Positions 14,890 through 22,550 of a DNA stretch of 32,000 nt are shown in pieces. The stretch lies in NCBI RefSeq assembly GCF_000949455.1, contig NZ_JXXK01000020.1:10314-42313 (forward strand), given 5' to 3'. Source of the DNA: Ruthenibacterium lactatiformans. Its GTDB lineage: Bacteria > Bacillota > Clostridia > Oscillospirales > Ruminococcaceae. Under the pieces are notes generated by a model. It did no database searches, was not told where the DNA came from, and worked only from the letters and a program-made list of their open reading frames with translations. The position numbers were made by a program, and so were the translations under genes. How positions within the stretch are numbered: position 1 is the first letter of the stretch; each line of letters begins with the position of its first letter.

Positions 14890-17225
14890 TCAAGACCCTG
14901 TCCAAAGCGCGGAAACAGGAGCGTGTAAAGTTCCGTATTCCGCGCAGCGTGCAGGACTGCATTCCCATCCGCCGCATTTGGGCGGACGGGATCTTCCAGG
15001 TGGGCCACCAGTTCTCCAAGACCTGGTCGTTCACCGACATCAACTATTCGATTGCCGGCAAAGAAGATAAGACGGCAATGTTCCTGGACTACTGCGACCT
15101 GCTCAATGCACTGGACTCCGGTGCTTCGGCCAAGATAACTCTGTACAACCGGCGGATCAACAAGGAAGAATTCGAGCGGTCCGTTCTGCTGCCTCTCAAG
15201 GAGGATGGGTTGGACAATTACCGCGAAGAATTCAACGAGATGCTGCGCGCTCAAGTCACCGAGAGCAATAACAGTATCGTCCGGGAACGGTACCTTACCA
15301 TCAGTGTCGTCAAGCGCAACATCGAGGAAGCCCGCACCTACTTTGCCCGTGTCGGCACTGATCTGACCACCAAGCTGGCGGCGCTGTCCTCGGTGGCGCA
15401 GGAACTTTCGCTCAATGAGCGCCTGCGGATCTTCCGGGACTTTTTCCGTCCTGCAGACCCGCCGGCAACCGAGTTCGATATCCACCAGAAGGCTCGGCGA
15501 GGCCAGCATTTCAAAGACTGGCTTTGTCCCAGCAGTATGGAGTTCTCCGCCGACCATTTCAAGATTGATGACCGCATGGGCCGGGTACTCTACTTGCAGG
15601 ACTTCGCCAGCTATCTGAAGGACAGCTTTGTATCGGAGCTCTGCGACCTGGATCGTGAGCTAATGTTGTCCATCGATATTCTGCCCATTCCCACCGATGA
15701 GGCCGCCCGTCAGCTGCAGAATACGCTGTTGGGTGTAGAAACCAACGTGACCAACTGGCAGCGGAAACAGAACGCCAACAACAACTGGTCGGCCATTGTA
15801 CCTTACGACATGGAACTTCAGCGCAAGGAAACCAAGGAGATGCTGGATGATCTGACCACCCGCGACCAGAGGATGATGTTTGGTCTGGTCACCCTCGTCC
15901 ACATGGCAGGAACCAAGGAACAGCTGGATGATGATACCGAATCGCTGCTCTCTGTTGCCCGCAAGCACCTGTGCCAGCTTTCCACGCTGCGCTGGCAGCA
16001 GCGGGATGGGTTGGACACCGTGCTGCCCTATGGATTGCGGCGCATCGAGGCGCTGCGCACCCTGACTACCGAAAGCACGGCGGTGCTCGTTCCTTTCCGC
16101 GCCCAGGAAATTATGCAGACCCATGGACTCTACTATGGCCAGAACACCATCAGCCGGAACCGCATCGTGGTGGATCGCCGGCAGCTGCTCAACGGCAACA
16201 GCTTCCGGTTGGGCGTGTCCGGCTCCGGCAAGTCCATGAGCGCAAAAGAGGAAATCGCTCAGATTGCCCTGTCCACAGAGGATGATATTTTGATTCTGGA
16301 CGTGGAATCCGAGTTCGGACATCTGGTGGAAGCCTTCGGCGGCGAGGTCATCCGCATCTCGGCTACATCGGACACCCACATCAATGCGCTGGATATGGAC
16401 CGCGCCTATGGTGATGAGCGGAACCCCATTGTGTCCAAGAGCGAATTTGTCTTGAGCCTGTTTGAGCAGCTGATCGGCAGCGGGCTGGTCACCGCCAAGG
16501 AAAAATCCATCCTGGGCCGCTGCACGGAGCAGGTCTATATGCCCTATGTCCGCAACGGGTACAAGGGCGCAGTCCCCACGTTGAAAGACTTCTACCGCCT
16601 GCTCAAGATGCAGCCGGAACCGGAAGCGCAGGGGTTGGCCCTCTCCTCGGAGCTCTTCATCACCGGCACCCTGGGGACCTTTGCCCAGCCCACCAACGTG
16701 GATACCAAGGCGCGCATCATCGCCTACGATATCCGCGAACTGGGCGAACAGCTGATGCCCCTCGGAATGCTGGTGACACTGGACGCCATCTACAACCGCG
16801 TGATTAAAAATTGGGCGAGAGGGCATCGCACCTGGATCTTCTGCGACGAGTTCTATATCCTGTTCCGGTACGAGTACAGCGCCAATTTCTTCTACAAGCT
16901 CTGGAAGCGCATCCGCAAGTACAACGGTCTGATCACCGGCATGACGCAGAATGTGGATGAGCTGCTGCGTTCCGACACCGCTCGTCTGATGCTGGCCAAC
17001 TCCGAGTTCCTGATCATGCTCAACCAGAGTGCAACCGACCGGGATGAGTTGGCCAAACTGCTGAACATCTCGGACACCCAGCTGGGGTACATCACCAATG
17101 TGCCGGCTGGTTGCGGACTGATCCGCTGCGCAGGAAATCTGGTTCCATTCACCAACAACTTCCCCAAGGATACGCAGCTCTACCGCCTCATGACGACCAA
17201 GCCCGACGAACAACTGAAAGGATGA
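14886..17225 (+). CDS. VirB4-like conjugal transfer ATPase
   Basis: 779 aa. Walker A GVSGSGKS near 16211-16234; Walker B-like TWIFCDEFY. The TTG start overlaps the prgI stop (TTGA). Confidence 0.9.
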   Translation: MIKTLSKARKQERVKFRIPRSVQDCIPIRRIWADGIFQVGHQFSKTWSFTDINYSIAGKEDKTAMFLDYCDLLNALDSGASAKITLYNRRINKEEFERSVLLPLKEDGLDNYREEFNEMLRAQVTESNNSIVRERYLTISVVKRNIEEARTYFARVGTDLTTKLAALSSVAQELSLNERLRIFRDFFRPADPPATEFDIHQKARRGQHFKDWLCPSSMEFSADHFKIDDRMGRVLYLQDFASYLKDSFVSELCDLDRELMLSIDILPIPTDEAARQLQNTLLGVETNVTNWQRKQNANNNWSAIVPYDMELQRKETKEMLDDLTTRDQRMMFGLVTLVHMAGTKEQLDDDTESLLSVARKHLCQLSTLRWQQRDGLDTVLPYGLRRIEALRTLTTESTAVLVPFRAQEIMQTHGLYYGQNTISRNRIVVDRRQLLNGNSFRLGVSGSGKSMSAKEEIAQIALSTEDDILILDVESEFGHLVEAFGGEVIRISATSDTHINALDMDRAYGDERNPIVSKSEFVLSLFEQLIGSGLVTAKEKSILGRCTEQVYMPYVRNGYKGAVPTLKDFYRLLKMQPEPEAQGLALSSELFITGTLGTFAQPTNVDTKARIIAYDIRELGEQLMPLGMLVTLDAIYNRVIKNWARGHRTWIFCDEFYILFRYEYSANFFYKLWKRIRKYNGLITGMTQNVDELLRSDTARLMLANSEFLIMLNQSATDRDELAKLLNISDTQLGYITNVPAGCGLIRCAGNLVPFTNNFPKDTQLYRLMTTKPDEQLKG

Positions 17226-17227
17226 GG

Positions 17228-17236
17228 TATATGAAG
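17228..17236 (+). repeat. Left copy of the 9-nt direct repeat TATATGAAG flanking the accessory cassette
   Basis: An identical 9-mer occurs at 19301-19309. Confidence 0.6.
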
Positions 17237-17237
17237 C

Positions 17238-17267
17238 AAAAAAATAAAGGACCGCCCAGGGCGGTCC
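17238..17267 (-). terminator. Intrinsic terminator for the minus-strand 68-aa ORF / XRE unit
   Basis: GGACCGCC-CAG-GGCGGTCC (17249-17267). On the minus strand it is followed by TTTATTTTTTTG. Confidence 0.7.
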
Positions 17268-17279
17268 CCATATGTAAGG

Positions 17280-17486
17280 TCAGTGTGACCAGATGTTATT
17301 TTCCAGATCGCGCAGACGCGCGCGGTAGTCCTTCACGATCTCTTCGGTTTTCTCCACATCCGGGAAGGTGACCAGATAGTCGTCGCCCGCCTGATGAAAA
17401 CTCACAACACCGGCAAGACCCGCTATTTCCGCAACCTTGATGAGCGTATGAAAATCATATTCCTTGGAACTGAACAGAATATTCAT
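17280..17486 (-). CDS. Hypothetical 68-aa protein downstream of the XRE regulator
   Basis: ATG at 17486 is preceded by AAAGGAGCGCTTTGGC. A longer version starting at 17540 is possible. No family recognised. Confidence 0.55.
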   Translation of the reverse strand: MNILFSSKEYDFHTLIKVAEIAGLAGVVSFHQAGDDYLVTFPDVEKTEEIVKDYRARLRDLENNIWSH

Positions 17487-17547
17487 GCCAAAGCGCTCCT
17501 TTGATGATTCATAAAAGTGAGATAAACGACCGTGTGACATTTTTATA

Positions 17548-17576
17548 AGTATATCATAAAAGGACGATGTTTTGTA
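17548..17576 (-). promoter_or_regulatory. Possible extended -10 promoter for the 68-aa ORF
   Basis: Minus strand reads TACAAA-17 nt-TATACT, with TG one nt upstream of the -10. Confidence 0.3.
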
Positions 17577-17582
17577 CCTGTA

Positions 17583-17936
17583 TTATTCTTGCTTTAGTTT
17601 CTCGTTGGTTCTGACCGTTTCTACAGCAGCTTTGGCTACTTCATAGGCGATACGAACTTCATACGGTTCGCAGGTATCCAGCAATGCCTGCATATCACGC
17701 TCAAATTGAGGACGGGCCTGCAACAAATTATCACACAGTAAATCGTCCACTGTGACGCCCAAAGCGTTGGCGATTTTTACGATGGTCGTCAAACTGACCT
17801 TGGTTGTCCCCGTTTCTACGTTACTCATATGGGTGGGTGATAAAGATATCTTGTCTGCCAGCTGCTCTTGCGTAAGGTCTAATCCGATACGGGCAATTTT
17901 GATCCGCTTTCCAATAGCTTTATAATCCAGCTCCAT
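17583..17936 (-). CDS. XRE-family helix-turn-helix transcriptional regulator
   Basis: MELDYKAIGKRIKIARIGLDLTQEQLADKISLSPTHMSNVETGTTKVSLTTIVKIANALGVTVDDLL is a canonical HTH_XRE sequence. The ATG lies 6 nt after GGTGGAG. Confidence 0.85.
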   Translation of the reverse strand: MELDYKAIGKRIKIARIGLDLTQEQLADKISLSPTHMSNVETGTTKVSLTTIVKIANALGVTVDDLLCDNLLQARPQFERDMQALLDTCEPYEVRIAYEVAKAAVETVRTNEKLKQE

Positions 17937-17964
17937 AAAAGTCTCCACCATTCGTTTTTCATTA

Positions 17965-17993
17965 TTGTAACTACGGTGGCAAAACAATATAAT
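17965..17993 (+). promoter_or_regulatory. Near-consensus sigma-A type promoter directed toward the MBL lipoprotein gene
   Basis: TTGTAA (17965-17970), a 17-nt spacer, then TATAAT (17988-17993). Confidence 0.5.
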
Positions 17994-17997
17994 AAAC

Positions 17998-18020
17998 TAT
18001 ATCCGTAGAATACGGATATA
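17998..18020. promoter_or_regulatory. Candidate operator: perfect inverted repeat TATATCCGTA-GAA-TACGGATATA
   Basis: 10-bp arms located immediately downstream of the -10 box, in the divergent XRE/MBL intergenic region. Confidence 0.5.
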
Positions 18021-18148
18021 AGGAAAGACCGTTGGAAAAATATTTATCCAATATGCTTTTTGGCTGAAAAAAGGAATGAAAAGTACGAAATTCTTCCTTT
18101 TTCGCGGTTGTTTTCGCATACACTGATTCCACAAGCAAAGGAGTTCTT

Positions 18149-19297
18149 ATGAAGCAGGAGCGTTTTCGAAAAGCCTGTGGTATTTTTTGGTCGGCGGTGC
18201 TTGCTCTTAGTACCGCTTCGTGTGCTGCGGTTCCGTCAACTTCGCTTTCGACAGCCCCGGCAGTTACCGCAATACCTGAAGAAATATATGCCGCACCAAC
18301 GGTTGGTGAGCCAAACGATGCGACATTCTCTCTGACTATGCTGGACGTGGGGCAGGGGCTTTCCGTTCTTGTACAAGCGAATGGTGAGTATCTGTTGTAT
18401 GACGGCGGCGGTCGCGGCGCGTCCTCCTATGTGGTTGCCTATCTCCAACAGCACGCTGTGAAAGAATTGGAATGGCTGATAGCCTCCCACTATGACGAGG
18501 ATCACATCAGTGGTCTGGTGGGTGTGCTTCATACCACACCGGTGGAGCAGGCTTTGATGCCGGACTACACCACCGACACCCAAATCTACCAATCCCTGCA
18601 AAATGTGCTGGGAGAAAAGAGTGTCCCGGTGATTTATCCAGCTCAAGGAGATACCTTCTCTCTGGGCGGTGCAGAAATCCAAGTTGTAGGGCCCCGGAAT
18701 TATGCCTATGATTCGGACAACGACAAATCCCTCTGCCTGCGTATTTGCTACGGGAATTTCCAATGCCTGCTGACCGGAGATGCCGAGCAGGACGCAGAAC
18801 TGGACATGGTGGCTTCCGGGCAGGATCTGACCTGTGATTTATATGTGGTAGGGCATCACGGTAGTTCCTCTTCCACTAGTGAAGAACTGTTGGACGCGGC
18901 AGCTCCTGCCTATGCCTTACTTAGCGTGGGGGAGGACAACCCATATGGGCACCCTACAGAACAGACGCTGGAAGCTCTGCAACGGCATGAAATTGCCCTG
19001 TACCGAACCGATCAGCAGGGCGAAGTTACCGTGTATTCCGACAGACACCAATGCTGGTTCAGCACAGAGCCGTGCCAAGACTGGAGTACTGGAAACCAAA
19101 GCATTCCCGAAGAACCCCTTGCCACAGCGGTACCGCAGACCGCACAGTATGTGCTAAACACTCACACCAAAAAGTTTCATTTTCCGGATTGCCCCAGCGT
19201 TGATCAGATGAGTGAAAAGAACAAGGAGTTTACAGATGCTTCTCGAGATGAATTGATTGCCAGAGGCTATACGGCCTGTGGCCGATGTAATCCATAG
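18149..19297 (+). CDS. Lipoprotein with a ComEC/Rec2-type metallo-beta-lactamase-fold domain and a C-terminal His/Cys zinc-binding motif (putative surface nuclease/hydrolase)
   Basis: Signal peptide with lipobox LSTAS-C. MBL motifs SHYDEDH, TGDAE and GHHGS. C-terminal FHFPDC...ACGRCNP (H-x3-C...C-x2-C). RBS AAAGGAG lies upstream. Confidence 0.8.
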   Translation: MKQERFRKACGIFWSAVLALSTASCAAVPSTSLSTAPAVTAIPEEIYAAPTVGEPNDATFSLTMLDVGQGLSVLVQANGEYLLYDGGGRGASSYVVAYLQQHAVKELEWLIASHYDEDHISGLVGVLHTTPVEQALMPDYTTDTQIYQSLQNVLGEKSVPVIYPAQGDTFSLGGAEIQVVGPRNYAYDSDNDKSLCLRICYGNFQCLLTGDAEQDAELDMVASGQDLTCDLYVVGHHGSSSSTSEELLDAAAPAYALLSVGEDNPYGHPTEQTLEALQRHEIALYRTDQQGEVTVYSDRHQCWFSTEPCQDWSTGNQSIPEEPLATAVPQTAQYVLNTHTKKFHFPDCPSVDQMSEKNKEFTDASRDELIARGYTACGRCNP

Positions 19298-19300
19298 ATA

Positions 19301-19309
19301 TATATGAAG
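19301..19309 (+). repeat. Right copy of the 9-nt direct repeat TATATGAAG
   Basis: Identical to 17228-17236. It overlaps the foot of the terminator stem. Confidence 0.6.
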
Positions 19310-19350
19310 GGCGGCTACCTGCCGGAAAAGCAGGTGGCCGCCCTTTTTAT
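19307..19350 (+). terminator. Intrinsic terminator
   Basis: AAGGGCGGCTACCTGC-CGGAAAA-GCAGGTGGCCGCCCTT (one mismatch in the stem) followed by TTTAT. Confidence 0.8.
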
Positions 19351-19378
19351 ATAATATTTTCAAAAAGCAGGTGATTCA

Positions 19379-21103
19379 ATGAAAGAGAATACCCACAAAG
19401 AGCCCAAGCAGAAACCCTTTGGACGCGCGTCAAGAGAACGCGTAACAAATCGGCTGCCGAAAACCCTTGTGCGGCAAGCATGGCTGAAAAGTAAGGAAAA
19501 AGCAATTTCGGCAACACGCACAAAGTCTGGTGGCAACTATACCTCTGCACAGGAAATGGAAGAGTATGCTGTCCAGCAAGGAGAAGCCTATCTGGAAGAT
19601 GGAGTTCTCTTTGCATTGCGGAAAACAGGTGACGTTGCCAAAGATCGTTTCACTCGCAAACAAGAACCGGATAAACCGCCACAGGATGATTCCGTGTATA
19701 GAGATGCTCCGGAACCGAGAGAGAAGAAAAACGCAGTCCGTAAAGCCTCCGGCTCCGATCCGCAAGCAAACGCCAAGACGGAGCAGAAACGACGAACTGC
19801 TCAGAAGCAAAGCCGCGATGTCAAAGCGCGCCAGCAACGGATCAAGAAATCTACCCGAGGGGTACGCGGTGTCGATAGAGATCAAAAACAACTTCGCACG
19901 GCTGCCAATACCGTCCGCAAAGAAAAACAGGCAAGGCAAGCAGTGCAACGCACACAGAGAATGATCTATCGGGCCCAGCAGGCCGCCCGGGAAAGCGCAG
20001 AAGCAGCCAAAAAGGTGATTACTGTAATACACTCGGCGATTCAGCACCTGTTGGCTGCCCTGCAGAGCCTTGCGGCTGCACTGATTGCTGGCGGCTGGGT
20101 AACCGTGTTTGTCATCCTGCTGATCTGTTTAATTGCCCTTGTGGTAGGATCAGCTTACGGTATCTTCTTCGCTGAAGAATCCCCGGATGAGAATGCTATC
20201 AGCGTACAGGATGCCGTGGAACAGCTAACCGAAGAATATCGGGACCGGTTGGAAGAAATTGAAAACGGTGTAGACTATGACCGCCAGGAGATCGAGTCCA
20301 ACGATGGCAGCTATGCCATTGCGTGGCAGGATGTCCTGGCGGTTTTTGCGTCGCAAACATCAGGGGATGCCAATGGTGCTGCTGTTGCCTATTTGGATGA
20401 GGACAACGTGGATCGGCTGCGCACCGTCCTTTGGGATATGAACGAACTGGATTGGCGCACCGAAACCCAAACTCGGGAGGTAGAACAAACAAATGGGGAG
20501 GGGGAGACAGAAACCACAACCATTACAGAAACCATCCTGATCATTGAAATGACCCACCATACACCGGAAGAAATGCGGGAAACCTATCACTTTACAGACA
20601 GGCAGAATGAATACCTGACACTTCTGTCAGGCGAAGATACCACAATCCTTTGGGGTGAACTACTGGGTGGCTTCGTGCAGGGAAGTGGGGAACTCATGGC
20701 CCCCGGCATGGATACTGTTTTCGCAGACGGAGCCCTCCAATGGCCCTTGCCGATTGCGGGAACAATTACATCACCGCAAGGCTACCGTACCGATCCTATC
20801 ACAGGTGAAATCAGCTACCATAGCGGTACCGACATCGCTGTTCCGGAGGGTACACCAATTTTGGCTGCTGCAGATGGTACCGTAACAATCGCCAATGCCA
20901 CCGACAGTTGGGGAGGCAGTTACGGGTATTATGTTAAAATCGACCACAGTGGCGGGCTGACGACCCTCTACGCCCATTGTTCCAGCATCTGTGTCACTGC
21001 AGGGCAGCAGGTAGATGCCGGTCAGATTATCGCTTATGTTGGGCACACGGGAAGGGCTACCGGTAGCCACCTTCACTGGGAGATATGCTTGAGTTCGTAT
21101 TGA
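19379..21103 (+). CDS. TM-anchored conjugation cell-wall hydrolase with M23 peptidase domain (CD1108-type), probably 3'-truncated
   Basis: Lys/Arg-rich N-terminus, one TM segment (GGWVTVFVILLICLIALVV), and M23 motifs HSGTDIAV and GSHLHWEI. The ORF stops 5 codons after HLHWEI, exactly where the AT-rich DNA begins. Confidence 0.75.
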   Translation: MKENTHKEPKQKPFGRASRERVTNRLPKTLVRQAWLKSKEKAISATRTKSGGNYTSAQEMEEYAVQQGEAYLEDGVLFALRKTGDVAKDRFTRKQEPDKPPQDDSVYRDAPEPREKKNAVRKASGSDPQANAKTEQKRRTAQKQSRDVKARQQRIKKSTRGVRGVDRDQKQLRTAANTVRKEKQARQAVQRTQRMIYRAQQAARESAEAAKKVITVIHSAIQHLLAALQSLAAALIAGGWVTVFVILLICLIALVVGSAYGIFFAEESPDENAISVQDAVEQLTEEYRDRLEEIENGVDYDRQEIESNDGSYAIAWQDVLAVFASQTSGDANGAAVAYLDEDNVDRLRTVLWDMNELDWRTETQTREVEQTNGEGETETTTITETILIIEMTHHTPEEMRETYHFTDRQNEYLTLLSGEDTTILWGELLGGFVQGSGELMAPGMDTVFADGALQWPLPIAGTITSPQGYRTDPITGEISYHSGTDIAVPEGTPILAAADGTVTIANATDSWGGSYGYYVKIDHSGGLTTLYAHCSSICVTAGQQVDAGQIIAYVGHTGRATGSHLHWEICLSSY

Positions 21104-21294
21104 ATCAATTTCGAGTACTCTTCTAGTGATATTAGCATCGAATATAATCTTTGAGTGCTTTCATTTTATAAAATCATAGTACAGTAAATAATAATATGGA
21201 CTTAGCCAAACCAGAGCAAATTCTACAATATACTTTGCCAAAACGGAAATCGAACTTTACTGGATTTTAGAAGACTAGAAACCGCTGCATAAAT
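21104..21294. other. AT-rich non-coding junction between the ICE remnant and the chromosomal locus
   Basis: Hand counts of 60-nt lines give about 25-32% GC, against about 55-70% on either side. Only trivial ORFs are present. Confidence 0.7.
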
Positions 21295-21341
21295 AGCAAA
21301 TGGCCCCCTTACAAGGATTTCCCTGTAGGGAGCCATTTGCT
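21295..21341 (-). terminator. Hairpin downstream of the dehydrogenase gene (probable terminator)
   Basis: AGCAAATGGC pairs with GCCATTTGCT at the base, with an imperfect inner stem. On the minus strand only a weak ATTTAT tract follows. Confidence 0.45.
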
Positions 21342-21346
21342 ACGAA

Positions 21347-22453
21347 TTATAGCCACTCAGAAGGATCGGTCCAGTCCCGTTTGCCCAAGAACTTTTCCAG
21401 CATTTTCACATCGATTTTCTGCTTGCCTGCATCGACGTGCATCAGGCGGGACCAGCCGCTTTCCGCTTTGTCAACGCTGATGGCGTCGGCAGGCGTCATC
21501 AGGTTGCGCAAGGGTTCCCCGGCCTCAAAGCGGCGGGCATTTTCCCGGATAATCTCGATACTGCGACCAGCACGGTGGGGTACCTGAGGGGTGGAGTGGG
21601 GCGTGATGTAAACATTCTGCATACGCCACAGCGGATGGTCCGGGGGAAGGGGCTGCGTTTCGAACACATCCAGCCCTGCGCCGCCCAAATGACCGTTTTC
21701 CAGAGCTTCTACCAGGTCATCCGTGCACACAGTGCCTCCTCGGGCAATATTCACCAGGAAGGTACCCGGTTTCATCTTGGTCAGCGTATCCCGGTTGATT
21801 ATGTGGTAGGTCTCGTCGGTGAGGGCCAGGGTCAGGATCACGAAATCAGACTGTTCCAGCAAAGGATCCAGTGAGTCGCCTTCGTTGGCACAGAGCTTCT
21901 GGTCCAGGTAGTCCAGTCCCCGGATGGGAAACTTGTCGTAACCAATCAGCTTCATGCCAAAGGCATGCAGCCGTTCGGCCAACATTCGGCCATTGTTGCC
22001 CAAGCCGACGATGCCTGCCGTGCGGCCGTACAGCCCGCGCCAGGTATTCATGCCCGGCACGCCCCACTGACCCTTGGCTTGGGCGGCCAGCAGTTCTTTG
22101 GTGTGATAGCAACTTTGCAGCATAAAATAGATGCAATGTTCGGCCAGCACAGGGGCGCTGCGCCCGGCCGCGCCGGTGACCGGGATTCCTCGGGCGAACA
22201 CCTCGGGCCTGGCGGAACCGTTCAGCCCCGCGTGGTCGCAGTGAATCCATTGCAGGGTGTTTTCTCCCAAAAGACAAGGGTCCACATCTCCCATGAGAAT
22301 GGCGACGTCGGCATCCCGGACTTCCTCGGTCAGTTTCTGCTTGTCGAAAAAGTTTACATAGACGAACTGCGCATCGGGAAATACCTGTCGCAGGGCGTGC
22401 ATATCTTCTTTGTTATACCAGACGGTCGCGACGACCTTATGGATCTTGGGCAT
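21347..22453 (-). CDS. D-isomer-specific 2-hydroxyacid dehydrogenase family protein (NAD-binding)
   Basis: GIVGLGNNGRMLAERL dinucleotide fold; NIARGG; ITPHS. ATG at 22453 lies 7 nt after AAAGGAG. There is a ~55-aa C-terminal extension beyond the usual domain. Confidence 0.8.
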   Translation of the reverse strand: MPKIHKVVATVWYNKEDMHALRQVFPDAQFVYVNFFDKQKLTEEVRDADVAILMGDVDPCLLGENTLQWIHCDHAGLNGSARPEVFARGIPVTGAAGRSAPVLAEHCIYFMLQSCYHTKELLAAQAKGQWGVPGMNTWRGLYGRTAGIVGLGNNGRMLAERLHAFGMKLIGYDKFPIRGLDYLDQKLCANEGDSLDPLLEQSDFVILTLALTDETYHIINRDTLTKMKPGTFLVNIARGGTVCTDDLVEALENGHLGGAGLDVFETQPLPPDHPLWRMQNVYITPHSTPQVPHRAGRSIEIIRENARRFEAGEPLRNLMTPADAISVDKAESGWSRLMHVDAGKQKIDVKMLEKFLGKRDWTDPSEWL

Positions 22454-22507
22454 ATCCGGACTCCTTTCGGCTATCAGGAACCCTCGGTAGGGCCCTTGCA
22501 AAGTCGG

Positions 22508-22529
22508 GTCACCGCCCTGGGGCGGTGAC
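22508..22529 (-). terminator. GC-rich hairpin between the reductase and dehydrogenase genes (weak terminator or processing site)
   Basis: GTCACCGCC-CTGG-GGCGGTGAC, with no clear T-tract. Confidence 0.3.
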
Positions 22530-22550
22530 TCGATGAGAGAGAAATGACGG

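Larger units (their letters stand above)
1..21103 (+). mobile_element. Conjugative element (ICE) segment, Tn1549-like Firmicutes type; open at the left window edge, apparently truncated on the right
   Basis: Co-oriented block with sortase, DUF3846, Toprim/DUF3991, MobC, relaxase, PcfB, VirD4-type coupling protein, Maff2, VirB6/TrbL-like, PrgI, VirB4 and M23 hydrolase. Many start/stop overlaps. No recombinase in the window. Sequence becomes abruptly AT-rich after 21103. Confidence 0.85.

Noticed and set aside
17280-17936. XRE regulator plus 68-aa ORF read as a toxin-antitoxin pair
   Set aside because: The gene order, the ~96-nt gap with a possible internal promoter, and the lack of any toxin-like motif in the 68-aa protein do not support a confident TA call. 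It is kept only as an unknown partner in the cassette finding.
18067-18102. A/U-rich hairpin plus T-tract in the leader of the MBL gene as a stand-alone terminator or riboswitch
   Set aside because: The stem is short and weak (mostly A-U pairs with a mismatch), and no conserved riboswitch-like core was recognised. It is mentioned only as a possible attenuator.
21196-21270. 24-aa ORF (MDLAKPEQILQYTLPKRKSNFTGF) inside the AT-rich junction
   Set aside because: It has no RBS, is very short, and has no recognisable motif. It is most likely chance.
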